From Eledone cirrhosa (Eukaryota): a stretch of DNA of 64,000 bases. The stretch is taken from the NCBI GenBank assembly GCA_964016885.1, contig OZ024757.1, positions 26,164,001-26,228,000 on the forward strand, written 5' to 3'. Shown here piece after piece: positions 25,564 to 38,940 of the stretch. Every line of letters starts with the position of its first letter. Positions within the stretch are counted from its first letter, which is position 1. Under the pieces are notes generated by a model. That model was given only the letters and a program-made list of their open reading frames with translations, did not search any database and was not told the origin of the DNA. A program made the translations under genes and the position numbers.

Positions 25564-28500
25564 TCTTTTCCACTCTATTTTAAACATGACCTCACTCAGA
25601 ATAGGCAGCATAAATGCGCGTGGCTTGGGGTCGTCATGGAAGCAGGGTCACCTGCTCAACGACCTCAGGTCACTAAACATAGATGTAGTGGCCATCAGCG
25701 AGACCAGAATCTCCGAAGCACGGGCCTTCGCACCGATCTTCGGCGGCTTCGATGTGTACGCATCTCCCAGCCGTCCTGGATCCGGTGGAGGAGTTGCTGT
25801 GCTTTTTCGGAGAGGTTTGGATCTCGCCATACGGGCCATCTTCCTGGACCCAGAGGGTAAGCTGGTGGTGCTGGACGTGACCAGCGGAGACGGGCAAGCT
25901 TTCAGGCTAGTGGCCGTCTATGCCCCGACAGGAGCAGGGCGGCCTGATTTCTTCCGGCGTCTGGAGACCTTTCTTGGAACGTCCCGCTCTTTAGTGTTAG
26001 TGGGCGACTGGAACGGGATCTTAGATGCACGCTGGGACTGTGTGGGATTAGCGGATAGGGGTGGAGGGTGCAAGAGCCTCACCAACCTGCTCAGGCGTTT
26101 TGAACTGTCTGACAGGTACCGATTGGATTTCCCGAATGTGCCAATGTGGACTTGGACAAACCGCATAGGGTCATCCAGATCATATCTAGATAGAGTATTT
26201 TGTAGGGAAATAGATAGGTCTAGCATAGGCTGTCCACAATTCAAGATAGTCAGCTACACGGACCACAAATTCGTGATCTGTGTGCTTGACTTAGATAGGC
26301 TTCATAGACGAGGACCCGGCTACTGGAAGCTAAACGCGTCCTTACCAGCGCGCAAGGCCTACAGAGACCGGATTAGCGAACTAGTTAAGCGGGCGTTGAC
26401 GGGGGCCATCGTCAACAACAAGTGGTGGTTTGCTCTGAAAAGAGCGATTAGAATAGAATCGATTAGGTTTAGTAAGGCTTTAGCAATAGAGAAAAATAGA
26501 GCAGAGGGAGAACTAGTTAGAAAATTAGACGAGGCGCTTAGCAAAGGCATTGCGACCGACGTGCTTGCGGCGAAATTGGCCCTTGACCAATTCTTCAATG
26601 CAAAGCACGAAGGCTGCGTTGTCAGAGCTAGGGTGCGTGCTCTCAGACACGAGGGGACGAAAGCCGTTCAATGGGCCCGAGTGGCGGAGGCGCGTCGTGG
26701 CAACAAAGCCACGATCCGGTCTTTGGTGGACCACGACGGGCGCATGCTACTCGATCCCGGGCAAATGTGTGAAGCTTTTCAGCGACACTTCGCTCAGCTG
26801 TTCGGGGGCAGCGGGGGGCCGGGTAGAGGGATGGACTTTAGTGTCTACCTCGACGGACTGCCGCGGCTCTCGGCCACTGAGGCGAAGTGTTGCGAAAAGC
26901 CGATAACAGCCGCTGAAGTACGGGAGGCAATGACTGGCTGCACAAGGGGTAAATCGCCTGGTTTGGATGGTCTGCCCTATGAACTTTACGTACAGATGCC
27001 AGACTTGTTCGGAGGCCTCTTGGCGGACGTCTACTGCAACTGGCAACAGAACGGGAGAATTCCCAGTTCTGTGAGCCGAGGAGCGGTGGCACTGCTGAGA
27101 AAGGATCCGAACAAGGGGGATAACATAGACAATTTCCGGCCCATAACTCTGCTAAACACAGAGTTTAAGATTTTGGCCAAGGTGCTAGCAAAGAGGTTGG
27201 CGCTTGTCGTTGGTGGTCTGGTGGGAGAGGCGCAGACATGCGCCATTCCCGACAGATCCATCCACGACAACCTCCACCTCATGCGATACATCGTAGAGAG
27301 GGTAGCTAGGGAACCTGGCACGGGTGGGTCCTTGATCAATTTAGATCAGTCGAAAGCTTTCGATAGGGTCGACCATCGTTACCTAGCGGCAGTCCTGAGG
27401 GCGGCTGGCTTTGGGCCCGTCTTCAGAGGCTGGATCGCTGCCATGCACAGCGACATCTGCTCTGTGGTGAGAGTGAACGGTCACCTGTCGGAACCGTTCA
27501 ACATCATGCGCTCGGTCCGCCAAGGATGTCCCCTCTCGTCCCTCTTGTACGTATTGACTCTCGAGCCATTACTGCACAAACTGGAGACGTTGAGGGGAGT
27601 CCCGCGCGAACTAGGATGCGGAAGATCCGTGTCAGCATATGCGGACGATGTCACCGTAGTGGTGTCGAACGCCAAACACATCGAGGCGATCGGCACTACA
27701 CTAAGAGAATACGAAGCGGTGACAGGAGCAATGATCAACCAGGAAAAGTCAGTGGGCCTGCAGCTCGGCACCTGGAGAGGCAGGTCCATGCCGTCCAACA
27801 GCGTCGTCGGGCGCTGGACGGACGGACCGGTTAAATTGCTAGGGGTCTGGTTCGGTCCGGACCTCCAGACGGACAAAAACTGGGACGAGGTGACGAGCAG
27901 GGTGGCTTCTCTCACCCAGAAATGGGCGGAGAGGAAGCTATCCCTGAAAGGTCGAGCGGAGGTGGCTAACGCGTACATCGCGTCTGTCATCTGCTACCGC
28001 CTAACCGTCGTACCTTGTCCTAAGCCTCGCCTGACTGCGCTGGAGCGTTTGCTCTTTCGCTTTTTGTGGAAGGGACGTGCTCCGATGGTCAGGCGGTCCA
28101 TCTGTTGTCAACACCCGCTACGTGGAGGGCTGGGCATGCCGTGGCTGATGATGCGCAGGCACGCGCTCAGGCTACGACATCTCCACCTCTTCCTCGACGG
28201 TGATCAGGTGTGGTCGCCGTTTGCTAGACGCGTTTTTCCCCAGCTCGTTTCCTTGACGGAGCTGCAGTCCTGGGTCAAGCGAAGACCGAGAGGGAGCGCC
28301 TGGAGACTGGAATGTCTTCAGGCGCTCACAGCCCTCGACCAATCGGGCAATGTGATCGGTGGAAACTCCACCTCGGCGTTCTATAGAGGATTAGTGGAGG
28401 GGAAGAGCGACGACGTACTTGGGGAAACTCTAGGCGTCGACGAAAATCAACTAGCCAATCTCTTCGGAAGAACTTTCGGGCCGGAGCCTATGGACAACTT

Positions 28501-29266
28501 CCAGAAATCTCTGGCCTGGCAGTGCTACCGAGGAGCCTTGCCAGTTCGGGATAAACTCTACAGGCATGGAGGTGCCGTCAGCCGGGCATGTCCGAGATGC
28601 GCGCAGGGCGACGAAACCGTCCTGCACGCACTCGTCCAGTGTCCGAAAATTGCTGACTTGTGGGTTTATGTCGAACACCTGCTGTCGCGTTTAGGACGGA
28701 TCCAGCTATCATCTGAGTCTATCGTGAGGATTGCCCCGCCCTCCTCCTTTAGCCGGGAAGGGCAGGCAGTTTTTATCTGTCTGGTGGCCATGGCGAAAGA
28801 GATAGTATGGTGGACACGTTTGAAAGGGCTGAAGACGAGCACTTACCTCTTCGGTGATGCTCTGATTGACTTTTTCAAATTTCATTTGAAAAGGAAAATC
28901 AGAGTAGAGAAGGAAGTGCTCTCTTCCCAGCATTTTGTTGAAAGATGGGTGAGAGAAGCAAGAATGGCCCGAGTGAATGGGCCGACTCTGAGTATATATC
29001 TGTAAACTAAAGGTGGAAAACTGGGAGAGGGCACTTGCCTTGGTGGTCAGGGTCATTGTGGCTTTTTACTGGGCTTTCTCCACAAATGTCCCTCCGAAGT
29101 CTCCCCCCTATTGGGGAATTTTTCATTGTTATTTTCATTGTTATTTTTGTTACATCCTCTGTTTTTGTTTTTTTTACACGCAGAAATGCCCATTTGTACC
29201 GTCCTGCATTGTCCTGCACTGTCCTTAATGTCTACTTTATGTAAACCCTTGTGGTTAATAAAGAAA

Positions 29267-29310
<44 letters not shown>
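25564..29310 (+). mobile_element. Tx1-type LINE: ORF2, ~260-nt 3' UTR, (TTA)n
   Basis: AATAAA near 29257; (TTA)n on both flanks; no ORF1 upstream. Confidence 0.9.
25586..29005 (+). CDS. Tx1/L1-type LINE ORF2: APE endonuclease, reverse transcriptase, C-terminal zinc-binding domain (1139 aa)
   Basis: SINARG, ISET, GDWN, YLDR, TDH endonuclease motifs; KSPGLDG, FRPITLLN, DQSKAFD, RQGCPLS, YADD RT motifs; CPRC..H..C. Confidence 0.95.
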   Translation: MTSLRIGSINARGLGSSWKQGHLLNDLRSLNIDVVAISETRISEARAFAPIFGGFDVYASPSRPGSGGGVAVLFRRGLDLAIRAIFLDPEGKLVVLDVTSGDGQAFRLVAVYAPTGAGRPDFFRRLETFLGTSRSLVLVGDWNGILDARWDCVGLADRGGGCKSLTNLLRRFELSDRYRLDFPNVPMWTWTNRIGSSRSYLDRVFCREIDRSSIGCPQFKIVSYTDHKFVICVLDLDRLHRRGPGYWKLNASLPARKAYRDRISELVKRALTGAIVNNKWWFALKRAIRIESIRFSKALAIEKNRAEGELVRKLDEALSKGIATDVLAAKLALDQFFNAKHEGCVVRARVRALRHEGTKAVQWARVAEARRGNKATIRSLVDHDGRMLLDPGQMCEAFQRHFAQLFGGSGGPGRGMDFSVYLDGLPRLSATEAKCCEKPITAAEVREAMTGCTRGKSPGLDGLPYELYVQMPDLFGGLLADVYCNWQQNGRIPSSVSRGAVALLRKDPNKGDNIDNFRPITLLNTEFKILAKVLAKRLALVVGGLVGEAQTCAIPDRSIHDNLHLMRYIVERVAREPGTGGSLINLDQSKAFDRVDHRYLAAVLRAAGFGPVFRGWIAAMHSDICSVVRVNGHLSEPFNIMRSVRQGCPLSSLLYVLTLEPLLHKLETLRGVPRELGCGRSVSAYADDVTVVVSNAKHIEAIGTTLREYEAVTGAMINQEKSVGLQLGTWRGRSMPSNSVVGRWTDGPVKLLGVWFGPDLQTDKNWDEVTSRVASLTQKWAERKLSLKGRAEVANAYIASVICYRLTVVPCPKPRLTALERLLFRFLWKGRAPMVRRSICCQHPLRGGLGMPWLMMRRHALRLRHLHLFLDGDQVWSPFARRVFPQLVSLTELQSWVKRRPRGSAWRLECLQALTALDQSGNVIGGNSTSAFYRGLVEGKSDDVLGETLGVDENQLANLFGRTFGPEPMDNFQKSLAWQCYRGALPVRDKLYRHGGAVSRACPRCAQGDETVLHALVQCPKIADLWVYVEHLLSRLGRIQLSSESIVRIAPPSSFSREGQAVFICLVAMAKEIVWWTRLKGLKTSTYLFGDALIDFFKFHLKRKIRVEKEVLSSQHFVERWVREARMARVNGPTLSIYL

Positions 29311-29706
29311 TTTGTTTTGTTATCTTGCCATTTTTGCTTAGGTATTTTGGATTCCAAGCACACAGTAGAAAATGTATATCTACCATAAAATATACTATAC
29401 CCATCTCACCTGTCTCCACCTCTACTTAATGAAGGAACCTCTCTGTGTGTTTACTTGCTGTGTAAAAATAGCTACCAAATCTACCTCAAATCATGCCTCT
29501 TTTTATTTGTCTTTAAAAAATATATAATGGACATATGAGATATTTAAATTCAAGGGTGACAGGAGGCTCCCTTACAGTCATATATATAACTATGGATTTG
29601 TGCCTAGAATGGGGTAAATGATTTTGATTGCTAGAAATCACAACCTAATATCATAAAAAGGAAGGACAGGTTGTATAATGTAGTCTGATATACACCTGTG
29701 AAGTCG

Positions 29707-30016
29707 CATGGTTCTCTAAGTGAGCGCTACCACCCCCTGGGGGAAGGCATTGAGAAGGTCCAGGGGGCGCCGGGGCCTATTTATATATAATACTAAACCG
29801 CCCGTGACCTGTTGGGTCACGTTCACTTAAAAGTATTTATTTTTAATCATGGTCACTTAAAAATAATTTTTAAATAATTAAAACATACACAGACATGTAT
29901 CATCATCATCATCATCATTTTACGTCTGCTTTTCCCTGCTTGCAAGGGTGTATATAATGTGAAATGAAACGGGAAGGTCCATATATATGTATAAGTATAT
30001 AAATGTGTGTGTTTTT

Positions 30017-30066
<50 letters not shown>

Positions 30067-30627
30067 GTGTGTATATATATATATATATATGTGGGTGTCT
30101 GTGATCTATATACACTGGTCATAGACACATACACACATATACACACACACATATATATATACACACACTCTCACATATACACATACACAGCAACACCACC
30201 AGCTCTTTCTCTCTCTCTCTCTTTCATTCGCCTTCTCTGTCTCCTCTCCCTATGTCTCTCTTTCAATCTACTCTCTCACAACCACTATCTCTTTCTCTCT
30301 ACTTTTCTCTCTCTCTCTATAGTAGAAGGTACCCGGAAAAACCTGTATCTCGGGAATCCATGCTCCGATTTTCTTGAAACTTGTTTTATTCCATTTGTAT
30401 TCACATTTAAGCGTCAACCTCGTTTCAAAGTATTTTCCCATCATGCGCCCTTTTGACTGTATCACATTACAGACAAGCAAGCAATCAAGCAAGCAAACAA
30501 TCACAGACTGTTAGTATTATATAGATATATTATTTGCAATTTGCTTGTCGGCAGGTCTCTCTGGAAATAGGATTAAGGGATAGTGTAGGTGAGGGTGGCA
30601 GTGCCCCCAAAAGTTTGAAAACCTCTG
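29707..30627. mobile_element. Decayed hAT MITE with nested insertions
   Basis: Ends and ggcaggtctctctggaaatag interior match the 49095 element. Confidence 0.6.
30319..30525 (-). mobile_element. Short non-autonomous Helitron-like element
   Basis: Minus strand begins a|TCtatataatac, has a (TTGC)n tract, and ends with a weak hairpin and cta(t). Confidence 0.5.
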
Positions 30628-30649
30628 CTGTAGATCATGTCTGTTGATT

Positions 30650-32180
30650 GATCAACAACAACAACAACAACAACAATGACAACAACAACAGCAACAGCTG
30701 CAAGAACAACCTGTGATCATATCATCCGTAATTATCATCACTAAATACACTACTGTTCACATCACCATCATCATCATCATCATCACTACACATACCATCA
30801 TCATACCCACTACCATCACCATCACAATACATGCCATCATTACTACCACCAACACATCTGCCACTATCATAACCACCATTCCTACCACCACCACCACCAT
30901 CATCATACATACCACCACTATCACAACAATCATTTCTACCACCACAGCCACCACTACCACCACCATCATCACCTCCACCAACGCATCTATCACCATCACA
31001 ACCGCCATCCCTTCAGCCACTATCACCACAACCACCATTTCTACTACTACCACCACCACCACCATTATCGGCACAACGACCACTCCTACCACCACCATCA
31101 TCACCGCCACCACCACCATCATCATCACAATCACCATTTCTAACACCATCACCACCACCACCACCACAACCACCATTTCTACCACCATTCTACCACCACC
31201 ACCACCACCACCATATCCACTTCCACCACCATCACCACCACCATATCCTCTACCACTACCAAAATGCCATTCCACCACTGTCCTTCACCATCCACAGAAA
31301 CTGCACTCAATGAACTCAGGTCAGCAAGTACCCTGACACAGAGTGGGTGGGAGGAAGAGATGTTATGGTTGGAGTTGTGTTTGGGGTTGGGGTTTGATGG
31401 TGTAATATCTGGTGTAGCTGTGTAGTATGGTGTGGTGTAGTGCAGTGCTGTGTGGTATGGTGTGGTGCGGTGTGGTGTGGTATGGTATAGTGTGGTGTGG
31501 TGTGGTGCTGTGTGGTATGTTGTGGTACAGTGTGGTGTGGTGTAGTGTGGTGTTGTGCGGTGTGGTGTGGTGTGGTATGGTATAGTGTGGTGTGGTATAG
31601 TGTGGTGTGGTATAGTGTGGTGTGGTGCTGTGTGGTATGTTGTGGTACAGTGTGGTGTGGTGTAGTGTGGTGTTGTGTGGTATGGTATAGTGTGGTGTGG
31701 TATAGTGTGGTGTTGTGTGGTATGTTGTGGTACAGTGTGGTGTGGTGTAGTGTGGTGTTGTGCGGTGTGGTATAGTGTAGTGAGGTGTTGTGTGGTATGT
31801 TGTGGTACAGTGTGGTGTTGTGGTGTAGTGTGGTGTTGTGCGGTGTGTTATAGTTTAGTGTGGCGTGGTATAGTGTGATGTAGTGTGGTGCTGTGTGGTG
31901 TGGTGTGGTGTGGTACAGTGTGGTACAGTGTAGTGTGGTGTCATGCGATGTAGTGTAGTGTGGTATGGTGTGGTGTGGTGTAGTGCGGTGCAGTGTAGTG
32001 TGGTGTGTTGTGGTGTTGTGCGGTGTGTTGTATAGTGTGGTGTGGTGCGGTGTGGTGTGGTGCGGTGTGGTGCGGTGTGGTGTGGTGTGGTGTGGTGTAG
32101 TGGAGTGTGGTGTAGTGGGGTTGTTGTGGTGTAGTGTAGTATAGTGTAGTGGAGTGTGGTAGTAGAGATGTGGTTTGGTA
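30650..32180. repeat. (ACC/ATC)n tract followed by (GTGTG/GTGTA)n pentamer satellite
   Basis: Direct reading. Confidence 0.9.
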
Positions 32181-32261
32181 GTGATATGCTTTTTTTTTCC
32201 AGTTATGGCCGCTTTGAACAGAAAGGGGTGAGAGAATTCTGGCCAGATACAGCCAGTTTAA

Positions 32262-32483
32262 TCCTTTAGCATTTAAACCGGCCATATCCAGCCAGAATTA
32301 TCTCAACCTCTTTCAGTTCAAACCGGTCATAACCGGCCGCTCATAATGATGTTAAGGTATTTTTCTCAAAATAAATAAAATCAAAATCTCAAAGATTCGA
32401 TATTATATAAGATAATTTTGTGAAATAAAGCCTTTTCTATGAAAATAAAATAGTAAATATAGAGTAATGTAAATACTAAAGGG
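32262..32483. mobile_element. piggyBac-type MITE next to a partial inverted copy
   Basis: Same family as 4403 in reverse orientation; TTAA flanks. Confidence 0.8.
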
Positions 32484-32719
32484 TTAAACACTTATCATTT
32501 GTTGTTATACCCAAAGCTAGCATTCTACAAAATGTAAGTTAAATAAAAACTTCCACATACTGAGAGAGATAATGAAGCAGTGGATCTGAAGAGGAAACAA
32601 AGAAAGGCAAAGCAAAGCAAAGTAAAAAAAAAAAACAATTGAAGAAACCAATGACTTTATTGATGTTCAGTTTGTATATTGTTGTTGGTCATAATTCAAA
32701 TTGTGGCATATATATATAT

Positions 32720-32814
32720 GTCAGGACCCCGACGGCAGAGCTTCGGCCATTTCGACAGCTAGAATCTAGCTGTCAAAACGTCTGGAGCCCAGCTGTCGGG
32801 GTCCTGACTCTTTT

Positions 32815-32818
<4 letters not shown>
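32720..32818. mobile_element. Fold-back family A, diverged palindrome in (TA)n
   Basis: gtcaggaccccgac..gacagctaga-a-tctagctgtc..gtcggggtcctgac. Confidence 0.75.
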
Positions 32819-32879
<61 letters not shown>

Positions 32880-33024
32880 ATAATAATATGTTTAATCTGT
32901 TATTTTAATAAATATATATATAAGAGATGTCAACATGAATGGACCTGTTATTTTTATCTAAAGACATTTTTTTCAAATTCCATCCCGCCCGTCCCCTCAA
33001 TCTATTTTATTTCTCATTCTTCTT

Positions 33025-33060
33025 TCTTCTGATGAAGGACTAGCATCCGAAACGTTAAGA
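33025..33060 (+). ncRNA. Minimal type I hammerhead ribozyme
   Basis: tctt-CTGATGA-a-gga ctagca tcc-GAAA-cg-TT-aaga; its downstream tail recurs inverted at ~39990-40065. Confidence 0.75.
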
Positions 33061-34155
33061 CCCTCTTCCTGGTATATCAAGCGTTAACCTAGTATATGCC
33101 TTCCATATACTGTACCGATTGTGTTGTTATTTCTGTTTACCTTTTACATAGATAGATATATATATAGGGCAGGATTTGGAGGAGAGAACACAAGAATGGG
33201 AGGGGGTTTGGAAACTAGGATGAATATTTGCTGCTGTGTTGTAATAAATCCCATATTTATAGCTTTGTTTTAGTACAATGCTTTTAGTTGAATGTTTACA
33301 TTGCACTGGTATGAGGAAGTGTAGGTGTGGGTGTGTGGGTATGTGAGACTCTGTGTGTGTATGTGTATGAGTCTGTGTGTGTGTGAGTCTGTATGTGTGG
33401 AGGTGGAGGTTGTGCTGGATTGAAAAGATTGCATTCATTTTGGTTAACCTCATATATGTGTGTGTGAATATATATTTTGTTTGATTTATATCTTATATGA
33501 GGATATATGTATAAGTGTCTCTATATATAGATATGTGTATGTGTGCATGTATATATATGTATGTATGTATATATATATATATATATATGTATAAATACAT
33601 ATATATGTATATATACATATGTATGTATATATGTATATATACATATGTATGTATATATGTATATATACATATATATGTATATATACATATATATGTATAT
33701 ATACATATATATGTATATATACATATATATGTATATATACATATATATGTATATATACATATATATGTATATATACATATGTATATGTATAAATATATAT
33801 ATGTAGACATATATATGTATATATGTATATGTATACACATATATGTATATATATATATGTATATGTATACACATATATGTATATGTATACACATATATGT
33901 ATATGTATACACATATACACATATATGTATATACATATATGTATATGTATACACATATATGTACATGTATACACATATATGTATATGTATACATATATAT
34001 GTATATGTATAAATATATGTATATATATATACACATAATATAAATATATGTATATGTATATATATATCTATAAATATATGTATATATATATATATACATA
34101 ATATATATGTATAAGTATATATATATATATTATGTATATATATATACATATATTT

Positions 34156-34204
<49 letters not shown>

Positions 34205-34306
34205 CATATATATATATATTATGTATAAATATATATACATATATTTAAACATATACATATATATGTATACATATACATATATATATATTATGTATACATA
34301 ATATAT

Positions 34307-34337
<31 letters not shown>

Positions 34338-34338
<1 letters not shown>

Positions 34339-35050
34339 TCTTTTACTCTTTTACCTGTTTCAGCCATCCGGCTGAGGCCATGCTGGGGCACTGCCCTTGT
34401 TGCTACACATTTTATCTCCAGCCTGTATAGGTTGGCCACTGGTGTAAGAGGGAGTTTGTTGCTGCTGCCCTTAGGTTTCCCTCGTGCCTTGCTGTGGGCT
34501 CATCCGGGATCCTGGATAACAAGGTGTCGAGATGTTTCTTGAAGACATCCACCTCCACGTCATGCAAATCTCTCAGATCCCTCGGCAGCCTGTTGAAGAG
34601 TTGAGGGCCCTTGAATCCCAGGCTATTGCAATACCTGCTCCTTATTCTAGATGTGGAAGACGGGACCTTTGGCACCACACAGTGACATCCTGTTCGACGG
34701 TTGGTCCAGCTCCCAATGCCAAAGTTTGGTGTTAGTCTCTCCAGGATTTTCCACATGTAGATCACTGCGTATCTCTCCCGTCTTCGTTCCAAGGAGTAGA
34801 GGTTCAGTTCCTTTAGCCTCTCCCAGTAGCTTGTCTCCTTCATCGTGGAAATCCTCTTGGTGTAGCTTCGCTGGATTGCCTCAAGTTTGACACTATGGGG
34901 TGATCACAACTGGGAGCAGTAGTCCAGTCGGCTTAGGACGAATATCCTCCATAGTGTCAACATGGTTTCTCGGTCTCTTGTCCGGAAAGTCCTCAAGATC
35001 CAGCCAGCGAGTCATCTGCACATTGTCGCCACTTTCATGATGTGTGAAGA
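34338..35050 (-). mobile_element. CR1/L2-group LINE 3' fragment
   Basis: [35 protein letters not shown]; gagtaaaa tail. Confidence 0.85.
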
Positions 35051-35694
35051 AAAATATGTATATGTATATATATATGTATATATGTATATGTATATATGTA
35101 TATATATGTATATATATATACATAATATATATATATATGTATATATATATGTATATGTATATATATATATATGTATATATGTATATGTATATATATATAT
35201 ATGTATATATATGTATATGTATATATATGTATATATGTATATATATGTGTATATATATGTATATGTATATATATGTATATATATGTATATATATATGTAT
35301 GTATATGTATATATATATGTGTATATATGTATATGTATATGTATATATATATATGTATATATGTATATGTATATATATATATGTATATATGTATATGTAT
35401 ATATGTATATATATATATACATATGTATATACGTATATATATATATATATATATATTATATACATATATATATATATATATATTATGTATATATGTATAT
35501 ATATATATACATATGTATATACGTATATATATATATATATATATTATATTATATACATATATATATATATATATATTATATACATATGTATATATATTAT
35601 ATACATATATATATATATATATATTATATACATATGTATATATATATATATATATATTATATACATATGTATATATATATATGCATATATATAT

Positions 35695-36760
<1,066 letters not shown>

Positions 36761-36767
<7 letters not shown>

Positions 36768-37178
36768 AGATCAAAAGATGGTTAAAGGAGTTCCATGTAT
36801 TTTATTATGCGCATTTCAAAAACAAACATCATCATGCAATAATATTTGTGTTTTCATCAGATAAAACAGGAGAACATGATATGAAGGCTAAAAAACACTT
36901 GTGGATAGTGCAGTTTTAAATCAATATATGTTGATTTAAAACTGCACTATCCACAAGTGTTTTTTAGCCTTCATATCATGTCCTCCTGTTTTATCTGATG
37001 AAAACACAAATATTATTGCATGATGATGTTTGTTTTTGAAATGCGCATAATAAAATACATGGAACTCCTTTAACCATCTTTTGATCTTATATTATGCATA
37101 CTCCAGTCCTACAAACTGTAGAGTGCTTCTTATCCGATATCTGCATTGCTTTATTGTACTACAATAAAACTCACCTCC

Positions 37179-37180
<2 letters not shown>
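36761..37180 (+). mobile_element. Fold-back family B: 164-bp arms, each with a complete hammerhead, plus tail
   Basis: IR 36761-36924/36931-37094 with one mismatch seen; tail actccag..gagtgcttct. Confidence 0.85.
36989..37055 (+). ncRNA. Type I hammerhead ribozyme with long stem II and palindromic stem III (mirror copy on minus strand, 36800-36866)
   Basis: ttttat-CTGATGA-stem II-GAAA-tgcgca-TA-ataaaa. Confidence 0.8.
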
Positions 37181-37243
<63 letters not shown>

Positions 37244-37439
37244 TATAGAGATAATATATATATATATAGAGATAATATATATATATATATATTATATATA
37301 TATAATATATATATATATATATTATATATATATATATGTTTATATATATATATTATATATATATATGTTTATATATATATATGTTTATATATATATATTA
37401 TATATATATATGTTTATATATATCTATATTATATTATTT

Positions 37440-37737
37440 ATTTATGTTCATACGCGGAACATTGGCATTGCCCAAGGTTTCAAAGCCCAAATTTGACCAT
37501 ACCTCCTGAATACAAGAGACATCAAGTTAATGATATTTCTTTAGGCGCTTATACAAGTAAAGACCAGAAAGACCTCTATTCAACCTAATACTCTATACTT
37601 ACGAAAAGCAGAGTTTAAATATTACCAGAATCTTCTGCCCTATAGCGAAGCTTTTACTATTTCAACAACAGATGGAGATCTAAAATTCTGCTCTATATCT
37701 GCTGTTGAAATGGTAAAAATTTAACCATAGGGCAGAA
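37440..37737 (-). mobile_element. Diverged fold-back element with hammerhead 3' half
   Basis: IR 37633-37737; GAAA-tggt aaaaattta acca-TA-gggcagaa; actct..agagt hairpin at 37590-37614. Confidence 0.65.
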
Positions 37738-37778
37738 CAAGATCCTTATTATAATTATGTTAATATATATATATATAT

Positions 37779-37874
37779 AGGAAAAAGAATGACCCCGACG
37801 GCAGAGCTCAAGCGGTTTCGACGGCTATTTCTGGTGCGTTATGGTCCATCTGGTTCCTTACCACAATTCCTTTG

Positions 37875-37876
<2 letters not shown>
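37779..37876 (+). mobile_element. Fold-back family A with the right arm deleted
   Basis: Left arm joined directly to the tail ggtgcgttatggtccatctg. Confidence 0.75.
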
Positions 37877-37923
<47 letters not shown>

Positions 37924-38105
37924 GGCTAATAAAAACTTTTGATGTATTAAAGGATTCTTTGTTTTACTCTCTTAATTATATATATATATATATAACTATA
38001 TATATATATATATATAACTATATATATATATATATATAGATAGATATTTATATATATATATATATATATATATAGATAGATATTTATATATATATATATA
38101 GATAG

Positions 38106-38157
<52 letters not shown>

Positions 38158-38240
38158 TAGATATTTATATATATATATATAGATAGATATTTATATATAT
38201 ATATATAGATAGATATTTATATATATATATATATATATAT

Positions 38241-38277
<37 letters not shown>

Positions 38278-38570
38278 TAGATATTTATATATATATATAT
38301 ATATATATAGATATATATTTATATATATATATATATATATATAGATAGATATTTATATATATATATATATATATATAGATATATATTTATATATATAAAT
38401 ATATATATATAGATATATATTTATATATATAAATATATATATAACCACTAAGCCATGTGCCTTCACAAGATATATACACACATATATACTTATACATATA
38501 TATATGTATATGTATATATATATGTATATATATATATGTATATATGTATATGTATATATATATATGTATA

Positions 38571-38610
<40 letters not shown>

Positions 38611-38649
38611 AGAAAACGAAAAATCAGTGATGCATCTGGACTCAGTTTA

Positions 38650-38845
38650 TTCATCATCATCATCATCAGGTTTAGCGTCCGTGTTCCACGCTTGCATGGG
38701 TTTGGACGGGGGTTTTCCCACTTGAGGCAAGAGTGGTTGTCTTGCTCGCATAGGACTGTCTGGCGGGTTTTCTACAGTTGGATGCCCTTCCTAACACCAA
38801 CCACATTTACAGTGTGGGACCACATTTACAGTGGGACCACATTTA
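38650..38845 (-). mobile_element. RTE 3' tail insertion
   Basis: Matches 52600-52779; tttatt duplicated at the flanks; uninterrupted site at ~14663. Confidence 0.8.
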
Positions 38846-38848
38846 TTG

Positions 38849-38940
38849 CGTGTTACAATTGTTTCGCCGGCAGGTAGCTCGAGTCATGGTCCTTGTATGG
38901 ATCTGGCTGATTCTACTTCTGCGGGGTTCTTTCAGACACG
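38849..38940 (-). ncRNA. Type I hammerhead, slightly degenerate, long stem II
   Basis: cgtgt-CTGAAAGA..gcagaagtag..ctacctgccggc-GAAA-caattg-TA-acacg. Confidence 0.6.
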
